DNA of 64,000 nt, taken from positions 128,001 to 192,000 of the forward strand of contig CABMCB010000071.1 of assembly GCA_902384455.1 (NCBI GenBank), in the 5' to 3' direction. The stretch is from an uncultured archaeon. GTDB taxonomy: Archaea > Altiarchaeota > Altiarchaeia > IMC4 > SCGC-AAA252-I15. Below, one piece after another: positions 19,912 through 28,494 of this stretch (position 1 is its first letter; every line of letters begins with the position of its first letter). The notes under the pieces are model-generated. The model made no database searches and was not told where the DNA came from. It saw only the letters and a list, made by a program, of their open reading frames with translations. The position numbers and the translations under genes were made by a program.

Positions 19912-21414
19912 ATGCGTCTCACACACGTATTAGCGATTGCGGCATTAGCAACCGCACTTTTCGCCGCAGGATGCCTCAACGAAAACCCGGAAGCATCCCC
20001 CCCAATAAACAACCTGCAAACGACTACTACGCCGGCCGCAGCAATCAACCTGCATGAGGCTCAATTCGAGGGCGTCATCAGAGCCGGAGTCGGACCGCAG
20101 TTTGACGCAACAGGCAAATCCGTCGCATTACTCCTTTTCACGCCATCTATCCAAAGAACCCGCCTGACTTCCACAGACGTTTCCACAGGAATGGCGAAGG
20201 TAGACCTAATAATAGACGGCGCCCCAGTGAATGGCGTAGGACCAACAGTATACCCAGACGGTTCACTGGTGTATGCGCTTACCCAGAAAGAAGACGGCGC
20301 AATACTCTCAGCCGTGGACGTGTCATCCGGACTCGTCTCAGCGACAGTACGACCACCCGGAGTAGTAGTGCCATACCAGCCCCCAATCCTTGTAGGCGCA
20401 TTAATCATCATACCAACCTACTTAGACAACAAAACCCGCATATCAACATACCTCGCCAAAGGCCTCACTCCAGTATGGGACGCGGAATTAGACGGCTTTC
20501 CTGCGCCAAGTGTGGCCCCCCTAATAACAAACGATTACGTGGCGATGGCAGTAAGGAAAGACGACGGCACATCAGTTGTAAACGTCATAGACCCCAAAAC
20601 CGGGAAAACAACCGCTCAAACGGCACTCCCACGCGACCTAGTGCCTGGAGCAGGACCCATCGAAATCAGCGCCGGCAAAATAGGGGTAGCGACAGAACAC
20701 AGCGAAACAGGAGACTCCGCATTCACAGCAATAGACGCCTCAACAGGAAACACAATATACGAAGCCCCCCTCGAAGGCGAACTAGTCGGCAGAGTCGCAC
20801 CAATACAAACCCCAAACGCCATCATAGTAGCCACAAACACCCAAAAAGGCATAATAACATTCATAAACCCGCAAACAGGCGACCAACAAAAAACATACCT
20901 CAACGCACCCATACCCCCCGGAATAACACCCCTGCTAACGCCCGACGGAAAAATAGCCGCAGCAACCCAAGCACAAACCGCCGCAATAGAAACAGCAACC
21001 CCAGACGGCACAACAACAGAAACACCCATATCCGGCAACTACGCCATCCACACAAACATACTCCAAAACGAAGGCCTAATATACGCGTTCACCAACAGAG
21101 AAAACGAATCATACATGACCGCAATAAACGAAACCACCGGCAAAATAAAATACCGAAAAGAACTAAACGGCTCAATAGACCCCGCAGTAAAAACAGCACT
21201 AACCCACGACGCAACAGCATTCGCATACTCACTAGCCCCCGCAATAGCCGCACTAAAAACCGCAAACTTCAACCAAAAAGCAATCGCAATAGCCACAGAA
21301 GACGAAACCACAGTCTACTTCCACCTACTATCCCCCCAAACAGGAGAAACACTCGCACTACAAGAAACACAAGGCCGAATCTGGCCTGCAGTAAGCCCAA
21401 TAACGCCCTACTAA
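19912..21414 (+). CDS. lipoprotein-like PQQ-type beta-propeller protein
   Basis: FAAGC lipobox; repeated 'A(I/V)D..TG' and 'V.P' blade motifs. Confidence 0.7.
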   Translation: MRLTHVLAIAALATALFAAGCLNENPEASPPINNLQTTTTPAAAINLHEAQFEGVIRAGVGPQFDATGKSVALLLFTPSIQRTRLTSTDVSTGMAKVDLIIDGAPVNGVGPTVYPDGSLVYALTQKEDGAILSAVDVSSGLVSATVRPPGVVVPYQPPILVGALIIIPTYLDNKTRISTYLAKGLTPVWDAELDGFPAPSVAPLITNDYVAMAVRKDDGTSVVNVIDPKTGKTTAQTALPRDLVPGAGPIEISAGKIGVATEHSETGDSAFTAIDASTGNTIYEAPLEGELVGRVAPIQTPNAIIVATNTQKGIITFINPQTGDQQKTYLNAPIPPGITPLLTPDGKIAAATQAQTAAIETATPDGTTTETPISGNYAIHTNILQNEGLIYAFTNRENESYMTAINETTGKIKYRKELNGSIDPAVKTALTHDATAFAYSLAPAIAALKTANFNQKAIAIATEDETTVYFHLLSPQTGETLALQETQGRIWPAVSPITPY

Positions 21415-21441
21415 ACGGCTTCTCCAGCGGCGGAGCTAACT

Positions 21442-22983
21442 CTACTTCCTCAATATCCTATTGACTCCGTTAATGAACGCAAGCACACTCGCCATCACAA
21501 TATCCTCATGAACAGCCCGAGCCATAGTACTCCTACCATTCTTACTAACCCTAATGGTGACGTCGGCTAAAGCGTTGCTTCCTCCGCTTATTGCGTCCAA
21601 GTGATACTCGTCAAGCTGGATGTCAGGGTCGCCTAAAGCCTTCCTAATCGCCTTCAAAGTGGCGTCCACAGGACCTACTCCGTCCTCAGTAGCCTTCTTC
21701 TCCTGCCCGTGAACCATAAGCACGACCGAAGAAAGAGGCGCTTTGCCTAAACGCGCTGAAAGAGACAAGTCCCTAAGCTCAACCAATCGTCCTTCCCCGC
21801 TTCCGCTGCCTACAAGGTCTTCGGCTATGGCAATCAAGTCCTCTTCAGTCACCTTCTTGCCTTTATCTCCTAAGTCCTTCACCTTGCGGGTTATGGCATG
21901 AGCCTGCTCGTCGCTGACCGCAACGCCCAACTCCTTAAGCTTAGCGGCTACGCCAGCGGCGCCAACTAGTTTCCCCACAAGTATGCGGCGTTTAGCGCCA
22001 ACCATCTCAGGGTCAATAGCTTCGTAAGTGGACGCCTTAGCCAGCACCCCGTGCACGTGGACTCCTGATTCGTGGGCGAAAGCGTTGCTTCCGACGACAG
22101 GGAAATTAGGCATAACCCTAATCCCAGTCAGGCGCTGCACAATCTGGCTTACCTCAAAGATGCGCTTAGTGTTGACGTTGCTTTCCACTTTATGAATCAA
22201 CTTCAACCCTAAAACCACCTGCTCAAGGTCGGCGTTCCCCGCCCTCTCACCCAAGCCGTTGACGGTAACGTGCGGTATTTCAGCTCCAGCCATCACGCCT
22301 GAAATAGTGTTGGCTACCGCCATCCCGAAGTCGTTGTGGCAGTGCACCGCAAGAGGAATCTTAACCTCCTTCTTCAGCTCGCTAATCAGCCAGTACATCG
22401 CCTGCGGCGTCATCACTCCCACAGTATCAGGTATGTTGATGTGGTCGGCTCCTGCCTCTTCCGCTGCCTTAACCACCTTCTTTAGGAAAGGAAGCTCAGT
22501 CCGGCACGCATCCTCAGGGCTAAAGTGAACGGAAACACCCCTCTCCTTAACGTAACGGATGCTCCTTACGGCATTAGCAAGAACATCATCCTCGCTCATC
22601 TTCAGCTTATACTTCCTGTGAATTGGGCTTGTGCCTATGAAAATGTGGACTAAATCGACGTCCGCGGCAAGCGCCGCATCCAAATCCTTCTCCACGCACC
22701 GGGCCAACCCACACACCTTAGCGGAAAAGCCAGCGCCAGCCATCCTCATAATGACCTCACGCTCACCGTCACTCGACACGGGAAACCCGCCCTCAATTAT
22801 GTCGACTCCAAGCTCATTCAAGGCCTCCGCTATGCTAAACTTCTCGTCCAAAGTCAAGGCTACACCCGGCGTCTGCTCGCCGTCCCTCAAAGTAGTGTCA
22901 AACACCTTAACCCTCTTGGGCTTCCTCTCAAACTTCACCTGACTATCGTACCAAAACTGGTCGACTCCATCATTATCCATCAT
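21442..22983 (-). CDS. leuA: 2-isopropylmalate synthase
   Basis: DTTLRDGEQTPG, HCHND.G, GERAGNA, HESGVH and a C-terminal regulatory domain (GVGPVDA). HIFIGTSPIH, FSPEDA and NIPDTVG fit LeuA better than CimA. Confidence 0.85.
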   Translation of the reverse strand: MMDNDGVDQFWYDSQVKFERKPKRVKVFDTTLRDGEQTPGVALTLDEKFSIAEALNELGVDIIEGGFPVSSDGEREVIMRMAGAGFSAKVCGLARCVEKDLDAALAADVDLVHIFIGTSPIHRKYKLKMSEDDVLANAVRSIRYVKERGVSVHFSPEDACRTELPFLKKVVKAAEEAGADHINIPDTVGVMTPQAMYWLISELKKEVKIPLAVHCHNDFGMAVANTISGVMAGAEIPHVTVNGLGERAGNADLEQVVLGLKLIHKVESNVNTKRIFEVSQIVQRLTGIRVMPNFPVVGSNAFAHESGVHVHGVLAKASTYEAIDPEMVGAKRRILVGKLVGAAGVAAKLKELGVAVSDEQAHAITRKVKDLGDKGKKVTEEDLIAIAEDLVGSGSGEGRLVELRDLSLSARLGKAPLSSVVLMVHGQEKKATEDGVGPVDATLKAIRKALGDPDIQLDEYHLDAISGGSNALADVTIRVSKNGRSTMARAVHEDIVMASVLAFINGVNRILRK

Positions 22984-23008
22984 CTCACACTCAAATGTTT
23001 TTCACGGC

Positions 23009-23042
23009 AAAAAAACAAAAAAAGGGACAATTATCATCGTCC
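23009..23042 (-). terminator. hairpin plus U-tract in the leuA leader
   Basis: Minus strand GGACGAT-GATA-ATTGTCC followed by C-T7-G-T7. Confidence 0.55.
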
Positions 23043-23079
23043 GACGGCGGAATACAGCGCCACACGGCTGCTGCTCCCG

Positions 23080-23154
23080 CTACATAAGCAACAGAAATAA
23101 GCTGCGGAAGACCGGCTGAAAACAACCCGCCGAACAAAAACCGCACGATTCCAT
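23080..23154 (-). CDS. putative leu leader peptide MESCGFCSAGCFQPVFRSLFLLLM
   Basis: 24-codon ORF ending TTA TTT CTG TTG CTT ATG TAG, 96 nt upstream of the leuA start. Confidence 0.55.
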   Translation of the reverse strand: MESCGFCSAGCFQPVFRSLFLLLM

Positions 23155-23176
23155 ACTAAAACCTACACCAAACAAA

Positions 23177-23184
23177 CATAAAAA
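23177..23184 (-). promoter_or_regulatory. TATA-like box upstream of leader peptide
   Basis: TTTTTATG about 23 nt before the leader ATG, the spacing expected for a leaderless archaeal transcript. Confidence 0.4.
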
Positions 23185-23199
23185 CGCAGCAAAAACCCT

Positions 23200-23553
23200 T
23201 TACTCAACCGCAACCGCGTTCACAAAACCATCCTGACCCGGACGACTAGTAACCCGCGCCTTAAACTCCTTACCACCATCCTTAACGACGATAACAGCGC
23301 CCTTAGTAATAATGTTCCTTCTGCTGAAGTCCTTGTTAGCAGGATTATCACTCACGGTCACAATACCACAAACAACATTCTTACCGCCAATAAGCACATT
23401 AGCAGAACCGGCAACATCCAACTTAACCTTAAAGCCGCCGCCCTTAACCCTAACATGCTTCCTCTTAACCTCGCCCACCCCAGTCTCAGCAGGCTGCCGA
23501 CCAACATTATACTTCCGCTTCTTCTCGGTCTTAGATACCTTACCGTGATACAT
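23200..23553 (-). CDS. rps8e: 30S ribosomal protein S8e
   Basis: KRKY..GR.PAET, RVKGG..K, NPAN....RRNIITKGAVI, ARVTSRPGQDG.VNAV. Confidence 0.95.
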   Translation of the reverse strand: MYHGKVSKTEKKRKYNVGRQPAETGVGEVKRKHVRVKGGGFKVKLDVAGSANVLIGGKNVVCGIVTVSDNPANKDFSRRNIITKGAVIVVKDGGKEFKARVTSRPGQDGFVNAVAVE

Positions 23554-23642
23554 GATGCAAAAGATAGGAAGAACCCCTTAAAAAACAACAAACCAACCAT
23601 ATTTAACCCCCAATCCCATACCTAAACACCAATTCAATCACG

Positions 23643-24416
23643 GTGGAAACCATGACAGAAAAAACACAATCACGCTGCCCAACCGGCATAACCGGCCTAG
23701 ACAACATGCTAGGCGGCGGACTGCCAAGAGGAAGAACAATACTCGTCTCCGGAAGCTGCGGAACAGGAAAAACAACCTTAGCCCTCCAGTTCCTCATGGA
23801 CGGTATATCAAAATACAACGAGCCCGGCATATACGTCACACTAGAACAAAGCGGAGACGAAATAAGAAAAGACGCACTCCAATTCGGCTGGGACCTACCC
23901 AAACTAGAAGCAGAACGCAAACTACTCATAATAGACACATCACTTAGCAAAATAGGAATCAAAGACTTCATCACAACACTACCCATATCCCCAACCACAA
24001 GCTTCAGCTTACTACCAGACGAATTCGACCTAAACAAAATAGTCGGACTAACCGTGGAAGCAGCCCGAAAATTAGGCGCAAGACGAATAGTAGTCGACAG
24101 CCTGCCGGCACTCGACGTCCTGTTTAAGGAAACGCACGACATACGCAGGGCGCTGGTCAACCTCAACTACGAATTCAAGGCAAGCAACCTGACGACAATA
24201 CTCATCGGTGAAACAGAAGACGAAGACGGCGTGACCAAAATCCCCGTAGCCGACTACATCTCAGACGGTGTAATACTTTTGAAAAACAATGAAGCCCTCG
24301 ACATGCGCACAATCCGGATACGCAAGATGCGCACTGCAAAACACACGCTAAAGCCGCAGACATACGAGATAACCCCCAAGGGCATAGAAATCAAGGAAGC
24401 TAAAAGCATACTATAA
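23643..24416 (+). CDS. KaiC/RAD55-like single-domain RecA-superfamily ATPase
   Basis: TGITGLDNMLGGGLP, Walker A GSCGTGKT, YVTLEQ, Walker B RIVVDS, ADYISDGVI.L, IRKMR..H. Confidence 0.92.
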   Translation: METMTEKTQSRCPTGITGLDNMLGGGLPRGRTILVSGSCGTGKTTLALQFLMDGISKYNEPGIYVTLEQSGDEIRKDALQFGWDLPKLEAERKLLIIDTSLSKIGIKDFITTLPISPTTSFSLLPDEFDLNKIVGLTVEAARKLGARRIVVDSLPALDVLFKETHDIRRALVNLNYEFKASNLTTILIGETEDEDGVTKIPVADYISDGVILLKNNEALDMRTIRIRKMRTAKHTLKPQTYEITPKGIEIKEAKSIL

Positions 24417-24435
24417 GCCACCAGACGCGCAACCT

Positions 24436-24921
24436 ATGATTCTCCCCAAAAGATTCTTCGTGACCGTAGGACGCGGAACAAGCACCACTAGCGCACTTAA
24501 CGCATTCGACAACGCCTTAGCCGCAGCCGGAATAGACCGCTGCAACCTCGTCCCAGTATCAAGCATCCTGCCGACAGACGCAATCCAGATTCCCCCAGTA
24601 AAAATCCCAGCAGGCACAATAACATTCTGCGTCCTATCACGCTACGACGGATTCGGAAAAGAAGGCGCAGCAGGAGTCGGATGGACACGCGGCGAAATCA
24701 AGAAAACAAGAGACAGATTCGGGATGGTCGCCGAAGGCAGCGGAAAAACAACAAAAGACGTAGAATCAGAACTAAAAAATAAACTCCAGGAAATGGCGAA
24801 AAGCCGCAGCATGACCCTACAAAAAGACATACAAACGGCAGTAACCCCAACCGGCAAAGTCCCTGAAAAAACATTCTGCAGCGCAATAGCTGCCGTAATA
24901 TTCGTTCCAGAAGCAGACTAA
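24436..24921 (+). CDS. pdaD: pyruvoyl-dependent arginine decarboxylase
   Basis: LNAFDNAL..AGI...NLVPVSSILP with the Ser-Ser self-cleavage site. Confidence 0.9.
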   Translation: MILPKRFFVTVGRGTSTTSALNAFDNALAAAGIDRCNLVPVSSILPTDAIQIPPVKIPAGTITFCVLSRYDGFGKEGAAGVGWTRGEIKKTRDRFGMVAEGSGKTTKDVESELKNKLQEMAKSRSMTLQKDIQTAVTPTGKVPEKTFCSAIAAVIFVPEAD

Positions 24922-25003
24922 ACCCCTTTTTAATTAACTCCTACCAACATATAACGTGGTGGGACTCGTGCGCCTTTCCAAAGAGGCCTAACCTTAACCC
25001 ACG

Positions 25004-25618
25004 ATGCCCACAGAAAACGCAATTCTACCGATAATAAAAGCGGTTGCATTAATCGGAAGCTACGCCTTCCTAGGATTCGGCATAAAATACATAGACCAAG
25101 CATACGACGTCAAAATATTCAACCGCACAATAGCCCGCGCACTAGCCGTAATATGCGGAATACTAATGGGCCTGCTCATAGCCCTAGACGAAACATCCGC
25201 AATGATACTTCTGGCCATAATCGTAGGCGTCGCAATAACCCGCAAAATAGACAACTACGCATTCTACGCCGGAGCAATACTAGCATTCATAACTCCAATA
25301 TTCTTCGACGGAATCAGAATACACTGGATGGGCCTGGCAGGCCTAATAATAGCAGGAACACTCGACGAAGAACTAAACAACTACGCAGACAAAAGAAAAC
25401 TCCCCAAAATAATATCCACCCTACTATACCTACGCCTCATAATGAAACTAACAATACTCGCCTACGCATTAGCCGGCCAGATAAACATAATATACTTCTT
25501 CGCATTCATAGCATTCGACATAAGCTACATACTCGTCGACCAATACACCGCAATGATCCTAAAACGTAAACCGCCGTTTAGGAAAAAACTCGCAACAATA
25601 AACACCAACAACCTTTAA
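25004..25618 (+). CDS. uncharacterised multi-pass membrane protein with acidic motifs
   Basis: About 6-7 TM segments; KYIDQAYD, KIDN, LDEELNNYAD, FDISY motifs. Confidence 0.75.
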   Translation: MPTENAILPIIKAVALIGSYAFLGFGIKYIDQAYDVKIFNRTIARALAVICGILMGLLIALDETSAMILLAIIVGVAITRKIDNYAFYAGAILAFITPIFFDGIRIHWMGLAGLIIAGTLDEELNNYADKRKLPKIISTLLYLRLIMKLTILAYALAGQINIIYFFAFIAFDISYILVDQYTAMILKRKPPFRKKLATINTNNL

Positions 25619-25643
25619 TTAACCCCAACCCCATACGATAACC

Positions 25644-26042
25644 ATGGGGGAACCCACCGTAAACCGCAAAGACCAAATCACAAAAGTCCTCATCGAAGAC
25701 CTGCAGCCACTCGAAGACATCTACTTCTGCTTCGTAGCAAGCAAAAACCTCGAAGGCATACTAGCCCCCATAAAAGAAGAACACAAAAACGAAATCCTAC
25801 CCATATGGGAAGACCTCAAAAACACAATGAACGAACTATTCGACGTAATCACACACTACAGTGAACACGGCCTAGATAAAATATACTTTGAACTAGGAAA
25901 CTACGACGTACTCTTCTTCATACTGCCCGGAAGCAACACCGCATTAGGCGCAGTCATACCCGCACTCGCAAACAGAGGACTACTTGAAGTAGAACTGGAA
26001 AACGCCCGACGCGCCATAATCAAAATTCTAGAAGAAACATGA
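25644..26042 (+). CDS. Roadblock/LC7 (MglB)-like protein
   Basis: ~130 aa with an alpha-beta2-alpha-beta3-alpha pattern ending ANRGLLEVELENARRAI. Confidence 0.55.
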   Translation: MGEPTVNRKDQITKVLIEDLQPLEDIYFCFVASKNLEGILAPIKEEHKNEILPIWEDLKNTMNELFDVITHYSEHGLDKIYFELGNYDVLFFILPGSNTALGAVIPALANRGLLEVELENARRAIIKILEET

Positions 26043-27364
26043 ACCCTGCTGAAATAGCACTAAAAAAAGAAATCATGGGCGCCACACCCACCCCCAAACC
26101 AGAATTCAAAGCCGCAGTAGGCTTAAGCCGCAAATGGGACGCCAGAGAAGCAGGACGAGAAGTAGCCAGAAACACCCTAGAACAACTAGGAAAAGACCCC
26201 CACTTCCTCCTACTCTTCTCAACAATACACTACGAAAAACACGGCGGATTCCAAGAACTACTCAACGGCGTATACGACATACTACCCAAAGAAACACCAC
26301 TAATAGGCGGAACAGTCGCAGGATTCATAAACCAACAAGGATGCTACACACGAGGCGTCACAGCACTAGCAGCCAACTACCCAAACATGAACGTAGCAAT
26401 AGGAATAGGACACAACACACGTAAAAATCCGGCAAAAGCCGCCGAAGAATTATCCTCAAAAGTAAAAATATCAAATTCAAAAAATAATCTCCTTTTTTGT
26501 CTCATCCCCGGAGGGACCGTTCCAAGTTTTCCGGGTTTAGGACGAAAAAAAGTACTAAAATCTGGTTCAGTCGGAAATGCGGCAATAGGTTTGCTTGAAC
26601 TTTCAATAGAACTTTCTCAATTAGGTCCTGGACGAGAAGATGAAGTAATCGAAGAATTAAGCAAAGATTTGGAGAATTATTATATTCTGGGAGGTAGTAC
26701 AATGGACGATCTTAATCAAAATCGTTCATACCAATTTTTTAATAAAGCAGTTAGCACAACAGACGTTGTGGGATTAAACCTATCCTCAGATTTACTAAAT
26801 TATGAAATAATTACCACAGATGGTTTGAAAAAAACCGGCAAAACCCTGCATATCACAAAAAAATCGTTAAGAAATTGTGTTATAGAGGAAATTGATAATA
26901 AACCTGCTACGACAGAATTTTTACGGAAAATTAACTGGCCCGAAGATTTTCTGAATGAAAGGCTATACACAAAAACTTTTTATTACCCTCTTGGAGAAAC
27001 AGTTGAAGGAGTGCTAAGGCCTCAAATAATAGGGGCTTTTTTAGGGAATAATATTGCATGCGGATACAGCATAAAAACAAATGATTTAGATATCCTTTCC
27101 GCGTCTGGTCTGTCTTTAGTTGAATCAGCCAAAAACGCAATTCTACAAGCTAGCAAATACAAAATAAAAACATTAATTGGTGTTGTGTGTGCGACACAAC
27201 TTGAAACATTAGGACATAATATCTACCGGGTCTATAACGCAATATCTCCATTACTAGTAGACACCCCCTTTATTATCCTCTATTGCGCGGGTGAAGAAAG
27301 TTATTCGCCAAAAAGTCCTCCAAAACAACTTTATGACACGTTTAATATTGCCTCGATTAGCTAA
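26039..27364 (+). CDS. FIST-domain sensory protein
   Basis: DAREAGREVA, LLFST..Y, PLIGGTVAG (FIST_N); ILGGS..D, EIDNKPA, YPLG, GEE (FIST_C-like). Confidence 0.8.
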   Translation: MNPAEIALKKEIMGATPTPKPEFKAAVGLSRKWDAREAGREVARNTLEQLGKDPHFLLLFSTIHYEKHGGFQELLNGVYDILPKETPLIGGTVAGFINQQGCYTRGVTALAANYPNMNVAIGIGHNTRKNPAKAAEELSSKVKISNSKNNLLFCLIPGGTVPSFPGLGRKKVLKSGSVGNAAIGLLELSIELSQLGPGREDEVIEELSKDLENYYILGGSTMDDLNQNRSYQFFNKAVSTTDVVGLNLSSDLLNYEIITTDGLKKTGKTLHITKKSLRNCVIEEIDNKPATTEFLRKINWPEDFLNERLYTKTFYYPLGETVEGVLRPQIIGAFLGNNIACGYSIKTNDLDILSASGLSLVESAKNAILQASKYKIKTLIGVVCATQLETLGHNIYRVYNAISPLLVDTPFIILYCAGEESYSPKSPPKQLYDTFNIASIS

Positions 27365-28491
27365 AGTGAACGGATTTTTTCAGCCCACTCACTTCTTACC
27401 GCCTTATCAACTTTTCTATCTGAAAATGCACGATAAAAATCATCCTTGATTTTTGTAGTACTCTCCAAATCTTCACCCAATTTCGCTCCTATATACCTCT
27501 TTTCTTCCCAACATTTTCTGTACATTAGCAAATTTTTTTTCTTCCATTTTCCTTGTCTAATTGCGTTTATAGACGTCTCACCTGCAGCAATTCCTGATAG
27601 CATAGATGGGACAATACCCTCACCTGTGATTGGCTCAACGATACCTGCAGAATCCCCAACTAAAATAATGCCGTTCCCAATCGTATTCCGTGCTGGCAGG
27701 GGTCCACACGTTGGGATACCACCCCCTCTAATCTCCTCTATGGTATACTCTCTTCCAATAATCTTATGTAACGGTAAATATTTTTGTATCAAAAATACTA
27801 ATGCTTTTTTTAAATTATTTCCCGGAGCTACTGCAACACCTATATTAGCAGTATTTTTCCCTTTTGGAAATACCCACCCATAACCTGATGGAAATTCCTC
27901 GCCAAAAAATACATGCCAGTAGTTATTTTCTTTAATTTTTACTCCACTTACAAGTAACTCGTAAGCAACAGCGTATTCTCCCTGTTTCCACGGTTTTCTA
28001 ATATTAGCCCATCTACCAACGTTTGCTTCAAAACCATCTGCGCCAATAACTATTTTTGTAGAAATATCAAAATTTTTATTATCTCTCCCAACTTTTACTT
28101 TTATTCGATCTCCTCTAAATTCAAGTCCCTTCGCAGTAGCACCAGTATAAATGTTGGCGCCTTTTTCAGAAGCTATATCAGATAAATACTTATCAAAAAT
28201 TTTTCTATCTAGAGTAAAACCTCGCCATTTCTCTCCGGAAAAAAAATATTCTTCGTTATAAAAATAAATTTTTGTACCATCTATCTCCTGATTAATAAAA
28301 GATTTTTCTGATGGTATTCCAGTATCTTGGAAGGCGTCCTTATTTATAGCTTCTGCGCATCTAACCGGACTTCCAATTTTCTCGTCTTTCTCAATATTAA
28401 TTACGTCTAATCCCCCTTCAGCGGCAATTTTTGCAGACATTGACCCCGCCGGTCCTGCTCCTACTACTAGTACGTCGCATTCTTTTTTCAT
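27361..28491 (-). CDS. geranylgeranyl reductase-family FAD oxidoreductase
   Basis: DVLVVGAGPAGS, PVRCAE, GADG, PSGYGWVFPKG, VGDSAG.V.P.TGEGI. Confidence 0.9.
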   Translation of the reverse strand: MKKECDVLVVGAGPAGSMSAKIAAEGGLDVINIEKDEKIGSPVRCAEAINKDAFQDTGIPSEKSFINQEIDGTKIYFYNEEYFFSGEKWRGFTLDRKIFDKYLSDIASEKGANIYTGATAKGLEFRGDRIKVKVGRDNKNFDISTKIVIGADGFEANVGRWANIRKPWKQGEYAVAYELLVSGVKIKENNYWHVFFGEEFPSGYGWVFPKGKNTANIGVAVAPGNNLKKALVFLIQKYLPLHKIIGREYTIEEIRGGGIPTCGPLPARNTIGNGIILVGDSAGIVEPITGEGIVPSMLSGIAAGETSINAIRQGKWKKKNLLMYRKCWEEKRYIGAKLGEDLESTTKIKDDFYRAFSDRKVDKAVRSEWAEKIRSL

Positions 28492-28494
28492 ATT

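Noticed and set aside
20475-21464. 329-aa Arg/Asn/His-rich alternative-frame ORF (and similar ones at 8668, 9433, 25153, 57402)
   Set aside because: An artefact of the A/C skew: T-poor strands lack stop codons in alternative frames.
21442-22983. Alternative call as citramalate synthase (cimA) or homocitrate synthase
   Set aside because: Active-site segments (HIFIGTS, FSPED, NIPDTVG) and the regulatory domain fit LeuA better; not fully excluded without a phylogeny.
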